A stretch of DNA of 64,000 nt from Ostreococcus lucimarinus. Lineage: Eukaryota. Positions 47,301 to 57,658 of this stretch are shown one piece after another. The stretch lies in the NCBI GenBank assembly GCA_000092065.1, contig CP000581.1; one strand, written 5' to 3'. The notes under the pieces are model-generated. The model ran no database searches and was not told the DNA's origin. It saw only the letters and a program-made list of their open reading frames with translations. The position numbers and the translations under genes are program-made. How positions within the stretch are numbered: position 1 is the first letter of the stretch; every line of letters begins with the position of its first letter.

Positions 47301-48707
47301 ATGCGAGCTTACGCGACGAAAGCAAAAGCGTGTGCGAATGTGTGTCGTGCGTCCGACGCTCGTGGCTCGAATCGGCCAACTGTCGCCGCGCGTCGACGTC
47401 GAACGACGACGTTGGCGCACAAAGATAAAGCCGACGTCGTCGTCATCGGTGGCGGACTAGCCGGTCTTGCGGCGTGTAACGAACTAGAAAAACGTGGGGC
47501 CGATTACGTTTTGCTTGAATCCAGCGACGATGTCGGCGGGCGCGTGCGCACAGACATCGTCGATGGGTTCTTGCTCGATCGAGGCTTTGCCATCTTTCTC
47601 ACTGGATATCCTGAGGCGCAGAAAGTGTTGAACTACGACGCGTTGGAGTTGAAGCCGTTTTATGCAGGCGCGGACGTGCGATTCAACGGTGCGTTTCATC
47701 GCGTGGCGGATCCGTTTCGTCACCCGCTGGATGGGTTACAGTCGTTGACGAATCCGGTGGGGAGCGTCGCGGACAAGGTGCTCGTCGGGCTGGTGCGATT
47801 CCAAACCTTGCTAGCGATGGGAACGCTGGATGAAATGATGTCAGCCGACGGAGAGACGACGATCATGAAGCGTTTAAAGGATTCTGGATTCAGTGATGAG
47901 ATGATTGATCGATTTTTTCGTCCATTTATGGCGGGGATTTTCTTCAACCGCGAGCTGACGACATCGAGCAGACTGTTCAATTTCGTGATGCGCATGCTTG
48001 CGACTGGGCAGAACTGTCTGCCGGCCAAAGGGATCGGAGCGGTGAGCGCTCAGCTGCGCGGTTATCTCACGGCTGACAGAGTTCGTGTGAACGCCAAGGT
48101 GACGACATTGAGCGAGCGAGACGCTGACATGTCTAGAACGCTCACGCTTGACAACGGAGAAACAGTGACGGCAAACAAGTCCGTCATCATAGCGTGTGAA
48201 GGGCCTGAGGCGGCCAGATTACTCGGTGGCTCCTTGGAGCAGAGTCCAAGTAAACCAGAGTCCGCAGTCGGCACGATGTGCCTGTATTTCTCCATGGACA
48301 AGGCACCAACGGATGATGCCATTTTGTATTTGGACGGCGACAACAAAGGGGGTATCGTAAATAATTGCTGCTTTCCCAGTAACGTGGCGCCTTCCTATGC
48401 CCCATCCGGGAAAGCGTTGGCTTCTGTGTCTATCATTGGTGTCCCGAGCGAAGACGACGCTAAGATGGAGGCCAAGGTTCGCGATGAACTTTCTTCGTGG
48501 TTTGGTGACGACCAAGTTGCGACGTGGCGTTTGTTACGCACCTATCGCATCCCGTACGCGCAGCCCAATCAAGAGCCTCCGACGAACTTTGCTCGTTCGA
48601 GCGTTTTAGGCAATGGATTATTCATCGCAGGCGATCATCGAAGCTCTTCCACGTTCGACGGTGCGCTCGTTTCCGGAAGAATCGCAGCAGAGGCGGCGAC
48701 CAAATAG
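47301..48707 (+). CDS. FAD-dependent amine-oxidase-family oxidoreductase (Rossmann dinucleotide-binding fold), organelle-targeted N-terminus
   Basis: ADVVVIGGGLAGLAACNELEKRGADYVLLESSDDVGGRV is the GxGxxG...E...GGR FAD-binding fingerprint. C-terminal GLFIAGDHRSSSTFDGALVSGRIAAEAA is the typical amine-oxidase closing motif. ATG at 47301. Confidence 0.7.
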   Translation: MRAYATKAKACANVCRASDARGSNRPTVAARRRRTTTLAHKDKADVVVIGGGLAGLAACNELEKRGADYVLLESSDDVGGRVRTDIVDGFLLDRGFAIFLTGYPEAQKVLNYDALELKPFYAGADVRFNGAFHRVADPFRHPLDGLQSLTNPVGSVADKVLVGLVRFQTLLAMGTLDEMMSADGETTIMKRLKDSGFSDEMIDRFFRPFMAGIFFNRELTTSSRLFNFVMRMLATGQNCLPAKGIGAVSAQLRGYLTADRVRVNAKVTTLSERDADMSRTLTLDNGETVTANKSVIIACEGPEAARLLGGSLEQSPSKPESAVGTMCLYFSMDKAPTDDAILYLDGDNKGGIVNNCCFPSNVAPSYAPSGKALASVSIIGVPSEDDAKMEAKVRDELSSWFGDDQVATWRLLRTYRIPYAQPNQEPPTNFARSSVLGNGLFIAGDHRSSSTFDGALVSGRIAAEAATK

Positions 48708-48841
48708 ACACCCGTAGAAGCCTGCCTCACAACAAGACCGCGCGCATGCGCGCTAGTAATTTGACATCCCAACGCGTAGAAGTACATACCTATCGTGCAC
48801 CGATTTCGCGCACGTATCGTCGTCGCACGCGCGCCTCGGGG

Positions 48842-49645
48842 ATGACGACGACGCACGAAGACGTACCCACGGCGACGAATTACCTCACGCCGATGCGAAC
48901 GATGGAAGACCTTCAAACCGCGGAAAGAGCGCGCGATGCGGTGGTTTTGTTGAACTACGACCTGCCTCCGCACGCACTGTCTCTGTGGTTGTCGTGTTCG
49001 TACAGAGTGTGCGCGGACGGCGGAGCGAATCGCGTGCAAGACTTGCGAGCGGCGTACGACGCGGCGACGAAAGAGTTGAACTACAACGGAGATGACGTGT
49101 TTAAGCACCCTCATCGAATCGTGGGTGATATGGATAGCGTATGGGGGTCTGTTGCGTCGTTATATCGCGATAACAAAGCGTACGGATGCCTGTTGGATGA
49201 TCAAAGCGATGACCAGGATTCGACAGACTTTGTCAAGTGTCTGAGAGCCATAGTGAAACACAAGCCGGAAGTCAAGCGCGTGTTCACCTTGGGCGCACTT
49301 GGAGGACGGCTGGACCACGTTTTATACAACATGAAGACTCTGTTTGATTTTCCAGAGCTCGAGATTGTTCTGATTGGAGACCATTCGATGGCGCGCGCGG
49401 TGCCCGCGGGCGAAACAATCATCAAACGCGACACACGTTACAAACTCATGCACTGTGGATTGGTGCCATTACAAGGCGACGCGCGCGTGTCAACCGTTGG
49501 TTTAAAGTGGGATTTGAACGATGAAGTGATGTCTTTCAACGCCGGTGGATTGATCTCAACAAGTAACCAGTTCATCGAGGACAAGGTCGTCATTCGGACC
49601 GATGTTCCGCTTTTGTTTACGGCGTCTCCGCCGATGCCACTTTGA
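48842..49645 (+). CDS. TPK1: Thiamine pyrophosphokinase
   Basis: IVGDMDS...FTLGALGGRLDHVLYNMKTL...LIGDHSMARAV...GLKWDLNDEVMSFNAGGLISTSNQ are the TPK catalytic and thiamin-binding blocks. Start chosen at ATG 48842; an in-frame ATG at 48746 would add a basic 32-aa leader. Confidence 0.8.
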   Translation: MTTTHEDVPTATNYLTPMRTMEDLQTAERARDAVVLLNYDLPPHALSLWLSCSYRVCADGGANRVQDLRAAYDAATKELNYNGDDVFKHPHRIVGDMDSVWGSVASLYRDNKAYGCLLDDQSDDQDSTDFVKCLRAIVKHKPEVKRVFTLGALGGRLDHVLYNMKTLFDFPELEIVLIGDHSMARAVPAGETIIKRDTRYKLMHCGLVPLQGDARVSTVGLKWDLNDEVMSFNAGGLISTSNQFIEDKVVIRTDVPLLFTASPPMPL

Positions 49646-49797
49646 CAAGGAACGAGGCGTCTGAGGAACGCAAAAAATATAGATAATCGCTTAGTGCTCA
49701 AGTGAGCGAATAGACGTAGACCTTAGCGTGTTTCAATCACACAAATCTATCGTTAAAATTCTAAACGCTAGTTCGAGGAAGCCGCCACGCGCATCCC

Positions 49798-50235
49798 TCA
49801 GATTGGCTTGACCTTCATGTGTAACGTGATGAGCGAAAACACCAAGCACTTCAAATCTTGCACCAGGTAATAAAAGTTCCTAAAGCCGTCCGGATCTTTA
49901 CTATTCTGTACGTCCAACAGCGACCCAATCTTTGACGTCGTGAAGGATGTGTGATCGTCTCCGTACACAATCTCCAACTCCTGTCGCCCCTCACGATCGG
50001 GCTCGGGCCAATTTCGATCGTCCTCTTTCATCACTTCGCTCTCTTTGATGATTCGCGCCACCTCATTCAGCATCTCGCGCGACACCGTCATCTCTTTACG
50101 AATGCACGTGTCATTCTTGTAGTTTGAGTTGTTCGCGTATCGAAGCTTGCCGCACGGGCGAAACTCGAACTCGAGGAACTCGTGCCCGAATCGGCCTTTG
50201 TGTCCGACGTAGTACCGCACGTAGAAGTCATCCAT
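49798..50235 (-). CDS. MAGOH: Mago nashi (exon-junction-complex core subunit)
   Basis: [46 protein letters not shown]...[25 protein letters not shown] is near-identical in pattern to animal and plant MAGO (145 aa). GC content is visibly lower than in neighbouring genes. Confidence 0.95.
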   Translation of the reverse strand: MDDFYVRYYVGHKGRFGHEFLEFEFRPCGKLRYANNSNYKNDTCIRKEMTVSREMLNEVARIIKESEVMKEDDRNWPEPDREGRQELEIVYGDDHTSFTTSKIGSLLDVQNSKDPDGFRNFYYLVQDLKCLVFSLITLHMKVKPI

Positions 50236-50379
50236 GGCCCTTTGCGGCAGGGCGCGGCGCGTCTGCTTATGGGACGCGACCCAACAGAGGTTTCAGAGAG
50301 TCTCCCAAAAAGTGCATTGGCGGGAGAAATCGTCATCGCGCGACGCCGCACGAGCGCTCGCGCTGCGCGGTCAAACAAC
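50236..50379. promoter_or_regulatory. 144-bp bidirectional promoter between Mago nashi (-) and tRNase Z (+)
   Basis: Start codons at 50235 and 50380 face away from each other. Confidence 0.45.
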
Positions 50380-52722
50380 ATGGACGATGAGGCGTTAAAA
50401 TCGCCACCATCGCTCGCGCGCGGTGATGCTCGAGTGGTGACGCTCAACGCCTCCGTCGATGGCGTCGAGCCCGCGCTCGTGGTGACCACGCACGCGGGGT
50501 CGCAGTACGCCTTCAACGTCCCCGAGGGATTCGCCAGGCTCGCGCTGGAGTGTAAGATTCGACCGACGGGAAAATTGCGAGCTGTGTTCGCCGCGGACGA
50601 TTCCGCAGCCTCGCTGGGGGGGCTAACGGGGTTGATTTTGCGCCTGTCCGCGGATGGGCACGAACGGTTGGCAGTGGTGGGGCCGAGCGGAACGAGCGCC
50701 CAAGTTGAGGGCGCTCGGAAATGTACGCGGTGGGTGCATCCTGAAGTTGATGGAGTTGAGCTGTGCGCGAATTCTAAACGGTGTGGGGGTATTGGGTGTT
50801 ACGCCGACAACGCTGTGACGGTCTGGCCGCTGTTTCTTGAAGACACATGTGAATGTCTAGTCTGCGAGTGGGAGAATCATAGGCGTCAGACGGCGACCAC
50901 GAGTGATGAAGAGGAGGATGTAGATGAGGGAGGCCATATTGGCGGCGAACAAAGTGAAGGCGTAGAAGACGATAAGATGGCGTCGCCGTCATCTCGTGTG
51001 AAAATGACAAGTACGGACAATACAAAGACGGCGTGCGTGGGTTACGTTTGCGAAGTCAAGGAATTTGACGATGCGCCTGGTGTGCGCATTGCGATTATTC
51101 ATGTGAAAAGTATGGATTTGATTGCACGACTTGATCAGAATCCGACGCTGAATTGCTTCGCATCAAAGGATCTGCACTCACTGGATGCAATGTTCCATTG
51201 TTCGCCAACCGACGTCGCGGACGCTCCTGGTTATAAGTCATGGTTAGAATCAGTCGATTGCGAGCACTTTTTCTGCCGTGCTCAAAATGAACTGGGTTTT
51301 CGCGCTAGCGCCCGAATGTCTCTGCGATTGAACACAGTCGATGCGGAATCGTTTCCCATTCCGAGGGCGTTTGGAGACAGCGATGCCAAACAGCGAGTGA
51401 GTGATAAATTCACAAGCCTTGGGCTGTGTGCTTGTGTGCATATTCGGAAGAACACTGTCGCGAAGTGCGAGGTAGATCATGTAGTGTTTCGTCCTGATGA
51501 TGTTGATCCCGACGCAGTACTGAATGAGCTTGCGACGAAACACCCAGAGCTCGCTGCGGCAGCGCAAGCATCACTCACCAGAATACACCGAAAAGAGATG
51601 GTTGATCTCGAAGAAAACGGAGATGCTGAGACAAGTCAAGCCGTGGCGTCAAATTTGAAATCGCGCTTAATGCGGGGCTTGATAGGGAGGAAGAAGCAAA
51701 AGATAGAAAATGATACCGAGGTGATTTTCCTTGGCACTGGGTCCGCCGAGCCAAACAAATATCGGGGGAGTAGCGGCATCCTCACTGAATTGCCGCGGTC
51801 AGTAGCGGCGAAAACGTCCAAAACATGGATGATGTTAGACTGCGGTGAGGGGACCGTGGGTTCGATTCAAAGAATGTTTGGATGCGCGACGATGAAAAGG
51901 ATTGTCAAGAATCTGAAAGTTGTTTGGATTTCACATCATCACGCAGATCACATGCTTGGTGTTCGTGGTTTATTGGAAGTACATGCTCGCGTTTGCAACG
52001 CGCCTTTGACGCTTGTGGGCCCAAGGGTCCTCGAGGAATGGCTACATACTTGCGGTGTGTCCCAAAATCTATATCATTTCGTCCATTCGCGCGACTTGTT
52101 TGCAGGACCATTTGGCCGTCTGCCACCGCCTCCGCCGCCCACAAAATTGCAGAGCGTGTCGCGATCACCTCTGCCACCTCCGCCGCCACTAGATGAAGGA
52201 AATCAACGACATTCAATTTTTGATCAATCCAATGCCTCGGCTAAGTCTATGGAGAGCCGTCTCATGCAGTTGTGTGGATTGAGTCGATTTGAGGCCGTGG
52301 CCGTTGAACACTGTCGCGACGCCGCGGCCCTCGTCGTCGGATCGCCATCTGGGTGGAGTCTGGCTTACTCTGGAGATTGCAGACCGTCGCGAGGTTTCGC
52401 CCGTGCAGCAAAAGGGTGTGCCTTGATGATCCATGAGGCGACTTTTGATAACGAACTGAGTGACCATGCGGTGCGGAAACGACATTCCACCACCGCTGAG
52501 GCACTTCAAATTGCGGCAGACGCTGGAGTAAAACATATCGTCTTGACGCATTTCAGTCAAAGATATCCCAAAGCAATTTATCTCGATGAGGTTAAGATTA
52601 AGCCTATTATCGCTTTCGATGGATTTCGGTTGCGTTATAGTCAGCTTGAGCGTGTTCAAAACTTGCAACATATCATTACGATGGTGAACGGTGTTTCGAG
52701 CTCCAACGTCGACAAGATATAG
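50380..52722 (+). CDS. ELAC2: tRNase Z, long form (ELAC2-type zinc phosphodiesterase; tRNA 3'-end processing)
   Basis: VIFLGTGSAEPNKYRGSSGILTEL...MMLDCGEGTVGSIQRMFG...VWISHHHADHMLGV (HxHxDH) and C-terminal HEATFDNELSDHAVRKRHSTTAEALQIAADAGVKHIVLTHFSQRYPK. There is a pseudo-MBL N-terminal half. ATG at 50380. Confidence 0.85.
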   Translation: MDDEALKSPPSLARGDARVVTLNASVDGVEPALVVTTHAGSQYAFNVPEGFARLALECKIRPTGKLRAVFAADDSAASLGGLTGLILRLSADGHERLAVVGPSGTSAQVEGARKCTRWVHPEVDGVELCANSKRCGGIGCYADNAVTVWPLFLEDTCECLVCEWENHRRQTATTSDEEEDVDEGGHIGGEQSEGVEDDKMASPSSRVKMTSTDNTKTACVGYVCEVKEFDDAPGVRIAIIHVKSMDLIARLDQNPTLNCFASKDLHSLDAMFHCSPTDVADAPGYKSWLESVDCEHFFCRAQNELGFRASARMSLRLNTVDAESFPIPRAFGDSDAKQRVSDKFTSLGLCACVHIRKNTVAKCEVDHVVFRPDDVDPDAVLNELATKHPELAAAAQASLTRIHRKEMVDLEENGDAETSQAVASNLKSRLMRGLIGRKKQKIENDTEVIFLGTGSAEPNKYRGSSGILTELPRSVAAKTSKTWMMLDCGEGTVGSIQRMFGCATMKRIVKNLKVVWISHHHADHMLGVRGLLEVHARVCNAPLTLVGPRVLEEWLHTCGVSQNLYHFVHSRDLFAGPFGRLPPPPPPTKLQSVSRSPLPPPPPLDEGNQRHSIFDQSNASAKSMESRLMQLCGLSRFEAVAVEHCRDAAALVVGSPSGWSLAYSGDCRPSRGFARAAKGCALMIHEATFDNELSDHAVRKRHSTTAEALQIAADAGVKHIVLTHFSQRYPKAIYLDEVKIKPIIAFDGFRLRYSQLERVQNLQHIITMVNGVSSSNVDKI

Positions 52723-52760
52723 CTGTAGATTTGTAGTCAAAAAAGCGCGCGCATAGAAGT

Positions 52761-53591
52761 ATGCTTCTTCAGTTGGGCTATCGTCGATGTTTTGCAAGCG
52801 TCGTGCATGCGCAGACCGAGTCTGTGACGTATTTTCTCGCGGACGCATGTCATGGCGTCGGTTTCACTCTGGCAAAGAGTATTCTGGGAAAATCACCCAT
52901 GACTAAACTCGCGGCCGCGACGCAGAGCACGGCGTGCGCGCAAGAATTCAAGAACGCTTTCTGGGACGGCGACCGACTGATAACATCATCTTTTGACCTG
53001 ACTGACCAACGTCAGTTGGAAAATTTTGTATCGAGGTCGAAGTATAGTCTAGGTGACGACGTTCAAGTCTTGCTCGCGAATGTAGGAGAATTACCGAGTC
53101 GATGGCAGCGCCAGTTTCTTACAACGCCTTTAATCGGAGATACGATCGCGAGTGAATGGATCCGACTGTGTAAAGACGTTGCCGCCGTTGGAATTTTACT
53201 GAAGACCATACTGCCGTCCATGATGGCGGCGCCCACACTCATCGGACGCCGAAAAGTTGTTGCAATATTTTCGCATCAATCACCACGTGCATCGGCAGTG
53301 AACGCCGTTGCGTTCAAAGTTGCGAATGCTGCGCTTGACGAGCTTGTACGATCAACGAGCGTAGAGTTAGCTCGAAACGCAGCGCAATCGGAATTTGTTG
53401 TCGTAAAAGTCTCCACGCCGATTCTCGCCGATCGCGGGGCACAACTTGAGTGGTGCACAGAAGTCAGCAAGCAGATAGATCGGCTCAGAAAAGATGAGAG
53501 TTTTGCACTCCAGTACGATGGTCAAAGCTTACCCATTCCAGGGTATCCAGCGCAGATTGACACTTTTGGGTACGATTCTAATGTGATGTGA
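52761..53591 (+). CDS. Hypothetical protein, possibly a divergent short-chain dehydrogenase/reductase-like Rossmann protein
   Basis: VTYFLADACHGVGFTLAKSIL (TGxxxGxG-like) and LANVGEL. The YxxxK catalytic motif is not clear. Confidence 0.3.
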   Translation: MLLQLGYRRCFASVVHAQTESVTYFLADACHGVGFTLAKSILGKSPMTKLAAATQSTACAQEFKNAFWDGDRLITSSFDLTDQRQLENFVSRSKYSLGDDVQVLLANVGELPSRWQRQFLTTPLIGDTIASEWIRLCKDVAAVGILLKTILPSMMAAPTLIGRRKVVAIFSHQSPRASAVNAVAFKVANAALDELVRSTSVELARNAAQSEFVVVKVSTPILADRGAQLEWCTEVSKQIDRLRKDESFALQYDGQSLPIPGYPAQIDTFGYDSNVM

Positions 53592-53711
53592 AGTGTGTTA
53601 CAAGCTTCTAATACTACGAGTGTCGGAACGTCGTCGGCGCGCTGCTGCGCAGGTGCGAGCTACAGCTCGAGGAAAAGCCGCAGCCGGCGTCGACGTCGGC
53701 GATGGATGAAT

Positions 53712-56498
53712 TCACGAGTACGATTGCCAGTTGAATGCGATATCTAGTTCCCCACTTTTAGCGTTACCAACCTTGAACCTAGCTTCCATTGATCCACCGT
53801 GTTCTAAGATGGTGGCGATGGGTACTTCAAGGTTACCCATAAAGTTACTCTTTGTTCCGATCGGGAAGGTTGAATCGACGTCGAACAACTCGATTATGAC
53901 CTTGCTTTGTTCGCTCGCCGGGGAGAATTCGAATCTTGCATTGAACTCTGGATTGAGATTCTTGTAATGTACCTTGGAAGTGTACACGATGAAATCTTTT
54001 CCATCCTTGTTTTTCTTACGCGCGCTTTTGCGCGTCTCCTTATCCATCAAGGCGGAGCTTGAACTCATGCTCTCAACTGGAAGCTTGACTTTGACGTAGG
54101 GATCAGATAACCCGTTTGAGTCCATCACCTGCAGATTGATTCCGCGAATCACATGAACAGTCAACAACCCGAGCCCCGCAAAGAGCTCCTTTGCGGCAAC
54201 GCTACCAAATTGTATGAATTGAGTATTCAGCAATAGTCGCATCGGTGGCTTCTTCACGTTCCCAGCTACCTGCTCAGGGAAATCGAGCCACAATTCTTTT
54301 TCGGCGCCATCTTCCGTTGCGTCTTTGATTGTATCAATCCGCACCTCTGTCATCGCGAGTCGAGTTTCGTAGCTAAGCGGGTCTGAATCATAGTCGAGCA
54401 CGCTTACTTTCAGCGTGCGTAAGTCAACGTCATCGACCGGAATGTAAAAAGTCTCATTCCAAATTGGATCTTCGTTGTTCATCATGGTGGTAGTTTGCAC
54501 TTGTAACCCATGCTTTTTGACGAACATCTTCACATACGGATCTGTTTTCGAAAGTAGATCCGTTCTCGGAATGTTTTCAGCTCGCACCACAGTCGCCTTG
54601 AGAACCCCAGTGTTACGCAATTGCAACATGTGAGTATCGTACCACTTGAAGGGTTTGATTTCTCCGTCCGGCATGGTAATTGGATCGAAGTTGAAGCTCA
54701 AAGGTATGACTAGTCGTTCGGGCTGAATGAACATGTCACCAAGTAGGTCGGCAACGAATTCTTCCAACCATTTATCGACGACATTGTACAGCACATCCAA
54801 ACCACTAGGAAGCTCGCAATGAAATTCAACGATGGGTCGTTCTGTCATGGAAACTGTTAAACCACCGAGCGGACTTGGGAGTGGCACCAGCGGGTTGAGA
54901 GTGATTCTCAATTTCGTATAGATTTCGAGATCTTTGACCGCAATATTTATATCCGCTCCAATGTGCGTCTTTGCAGCGAGGACGATGTTCGATTTCCCAG
55001 CCCAAGCAAAATCTACGTCGATGCTCGTCGCCATTCCTTCAGCTTTCGTACCTACGTAGGTGAAGTTTCTGAAGACGAATGGGTTCTCACCAAAATCAAG
55101 TTCTTTAAACGTCAAACGCTTCAACATAGACGGTCTAGTCGCTTCCATGAGCGGATCAAGTATTTCTCGCAACATACCACTGACTGCTTTGTTGTAGAAC
55201 GGCCACACGGTAGTCAATAAATTGTTGAGCCAAGGAACGAGTTCGTCAGGGCGATACCTTGCCCACACCGGCGCTGCGTTCATGTACTGCATATCATTTG
55301 TACGCACGGCAGGTAAGCCCATAAGCTCAGTCATGCGTGCTGCATTCTTTTCAATTTCCAAGAAGGCCGATAACACTGCATCGATCTCTGCTCGAGATTG
55401 AAGACGCGTCTCGTGCTTCCTCACTACCAACCATCCACCTATGAAAGCGAAGAGAAAAGAGAAAACACCTCGGTTATTGCTCAACCAGTCGATGCTATAA
55501 ATAACCGTCACCTGCCACGTGAAGCAGATCGCACAGATGATCGCCGTGGCAATCTGCGACTGAACCAACGAAGCGCGCCAAAACATGCGCTCAATTTGTA
55601 TCTTTAAACTCAGCAGCACGTACACGATCAGAATGGTGGACGCAAACGCAAGCAATCTGCGAATATGCGATGCCGTCGAGGCGTCTGGCGAAAGCTTTCC
55701 GGAAAAGACGACGTTCGGCACATAAGTCATTGCGAGCATAGCCAACATTCCAATTTTACTCAAGTTCAATCCGGCCTCCTTGGCCGAAGACTTCAACATC
55801 TCCGGCGTCGGTCCGTTGAAAATCGGACCAGTTCCAGGAATATACGTCGAAAAGTCAGCTATATCGAACACGTTTCTCTCTCGCAGTACGTGGTCGCCTC
55901 GAGAAAGATCGCCGATGGCATATGCCTTTGGCTTTTGCACCGTATCTTCTTGCTTGATATCCGGTGGTGCGATCCATTCAGGACCTTCCCATTTCGGTAA
56001 CACGTTGGGAGCTAATTTAGGTTCATTTTCGTATCTCTTAAGTCGAGCGCTCAACTCCACAGCTTCTTCCGTCTTCGTAGCTTTATCGCGGATGTCCAGG
56101 CGCAGACGAGAGTCGTCATCGTTGTCGGCGAGAATCTTTCGCGTTTGATCGCTCAAGGATTCATTCCGACGCGGAGTGAACGTATCGATCCTTTGTATGT
56201 CTTCATCAATCATATCGTCCTCATTACCCGCCGCCAGCGCGCTTTTCTTCTTCTCCTTGAAATCCTTGCTCTTTGGCTTCTGAGTCTTCGACGCGGTCGA
56301 AGCGTGCTTGTCGTCATCGCTCCTCGGAAGGATGCCACTGATATCGCCGCTCATATTTCCACTGCTAGTTCTTAGCTCCTCCGAGGATTTCAAGCTCGCA
56401 GCTGACTCCAAACGTCGTCCATCGGCCGTCTTTCGTAATTGGAACTCCGTCTCCTCGGCCTCGGGAGCGTCGACGCTTTTCGAGCAACACGAACCCAT
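53712..56498 (-). CDS. ESYT: Extended-synaptotagmin / tricalbin-like lipid-transfer protein: N-terminal MGSCC acylation motif, TM segments, an SMP-like region and two C2 domains
   Basis: MGSCCSKS (Gly2 myristoylation plus Cys palmitoylation context). Hydrophobic helices follow. C2 signatures are LKATVVRAENIPRTDLLSKTDPYVKMFV...EDPIWNETF and LTVHVIRGINLQVMDSNGLSDPYVKVKL. 928 aa. Confidence 0.75.
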   Translation of the reverse strand: MGSCCSKSVDAPEAEETEFQLRKTADGRRLESAASLKSSEELRTSSGNMSGDISGILPRSDDDKHASTASKTQKPKSKDFKEKKKSALAAGNEDDMIDEDIQRIDTFTPRRNESLSDQTRKILADNDDDSRLRLDIRDKATKTEEAVELSARLKRYENEPKLAPNVLPKWEGPEWIAPPDIKQEDTVQKPKAYAIGDLSRGDHVLRERNVFDIADFSTYIPGTGPIFNGPTPEMLKSSAKEAGLNLSKIGMLAMLAMTYVPNVVFSGKLSPDASTASHIRRLLAFASTILIVYVLLSLKIQIERMFWRASLVQSQIATAIICAICFTWQVTVIYSIDWLSNNRGVFSFLFAFIGGWLVVRKHETRLQSRAEIDAVLSAFLEIEKNAARMTELMGLPAVRTNDMQYMNAAPVWARYRPDELVPWLNNLLTTVWPFYNKAVSGMLREILDPLMEATRPSMLKRLTFKELDFGENPFVFRNFTYVGTKAEGMATSIDVDFAWAGKSNIVLAAKTHIGADINIAVKDLEIYTKLRITLNPLVPLPSPLGGLTVSMTERPIVEFHCELPSGLDVLYNVVDKWLEEFVADLLGDMFIQPERLVIPLSFNFDPITMPDGEIKPFKWYDTHMLQLRNTGVLKATVVRAENIPRTDLLSKTDPYVKMFVKKHGLQVQTTTMMNNEDPIWNETFYIPVDDVDLRTLKVSVLDYDSDPLSYETRLAMTEVRIDTIKDATEDGAEKELWLDFPEQVAGNVKKPPMRLLLNTQFIQFGSVAAKELFAGLGLLTVHVIRGINLQVMDSNGLSDPYVKVKLPVESMSSSSALMDKETRKSARKKNKDGKDFIVYTSKVHYKNLNPEFNARFEFSPASEQSKVIIELFDVDSTFPIGTKSNFMGNLEVPIATILEHGGSMEARFKVGNAKSGELDIAFNWQSYS

Positions 56499-56824
56499 CG
56501 TTGCGACTGCGCGACGACGGGCGCGACTTGATGCTTAAATACTCGTGCCGGTGTGGAGAATCCGTGACCGCACGTGCGGGGAGCGCGTTAAAGTGAGGCT
56601 GGATCGAACGATTAATTAGCGCCGCTCCGATCGATCAACCGAGCGGGTTGAGCTGGGTAACAACAGAAGAGTACCTCGGAATGGGTGACGACGCGATGCC
56701 TGGAAGACTAGGCGAGATCGTAAAAGAAATAGATTTGAAGTGCATCATCGTCGCTATTCAATGAAAACGGGGTACTAAGGATTAAGAATAGTGCTATCGC
56801 CGATATGAAGCAGGTTGTTTCAAC

Positions 56825-57658
56825 TCAACCGCCCGCGGCGAACCTGGCGAGTCTCTTGAGCGCCGGGAACCAATAGGAAACTTCTTCCCAGTGCTTCTGC
56901 GAGAGATGCAGCAAGATTGAGTTCACCGCGGGTGTGTTTCCGGACGCTAAACAGTCAGAGAGTGTCACCAGCGCCTCCACGACGGGCTCCGTGATGGTGT
57001 TCTCGTCGTCCGCGCCCGCCGCAGCTCCTGTGTTGTTCAAGAAGACGAACAACCCACCGATTTTGTTCGATATCCCTTCGAGTTCCTTCAATTTCATCGG
57101 CGGTGCGCCTTGCATGGCGAGCTGATACTTTTCTCGCAGCGTGTTCACGATTGATAAATTATTCTGTCTCACTCGAGAGACGTCGGTGTTTTCAATCGTA
57201 GCCGAAGCCGGCGGCTTCGGCCAACCCGGCGCTGGGCCAACCCACGCTCCACCGCTACAATATCTCTCTCTACCTCTCAACGACGTCACCGTCGACGCAC
57301 TCGGTGAAGGCGTAGACACAGGGACGCCACCAACGACGCGTTGCGGCGCCGCAGAGGGCGCAAACTGAGCCGGCGAAGGGTGTCCGACCAACGGCATCGC
57401 CAGCGTTCCCGTGTGCGCGATGGCGCCCGGGTTGAACACTGTTACGTTTGCCGGCGTCGGCGGCACCGCTTGAGGCGCGATTGACGCCGTGGGCGAAGGC
57501 ACGGCGGGCGGAACGAGCGCTGTCGGTGGTGCCAGAGGCGCCGTCGAAACCGACGCCGCGACGTCTTCTTCGCGCCATCCCTGCGTCGGGGGCGCACCAG
57601 GGACGAACCCGCCGCGTGCACCGAGCGAACTCAGCGGGGGTTGGCTGGTGAACCCCAT
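56825..57658 (-). CDS. Pro/Ala-rich protein with a C-terminal SRA1/Sec31-type domain
   Basis: C-terminal ...VEALVTLSDCLASGNTPAVNSILLHLSQKHWEEVSYWFPALKRLARF resembles human SRA1 ...[32 protein letters not shown]. The first ATG is at 57658-57656 (MGFTSQ...); the ORF-track start is a GTG. Confidence 0.5.
   Translation of the reverse strand: MGFTSQPPLSSLGARGGFVPGAPPTQGWREEDVAASVSTAPLAPPTALVPPAVPSPTASIAPQAVPPTPANVTVFNPGAIAHTGTLAMPLVGHPSPAQFAPSAAPQRVVGGVPVSTPSPSASTVTSLRGRERYCSGGAWVGPAPGWPKPPASATIENTDVSRVRQNNLSIVNTLREKYQLAMQGAPPMKLKELEGISNKIGGLFVFLNNTGAAAGADDENTITEPVVEALVTLSDCLASGNTPAVNSILLHLSQKHWEEVSYWFPALKRLARFAAGG

Noticed and set aside
48524-48841. Upstream extension of the TPK ORF overlapping the 3' end of the FAD-oxidoreductase gene
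   Set aside because: It overlaps a better-supported CDS in another frame. TPK homology starts after the ATG at 48842 (alternative 48746).
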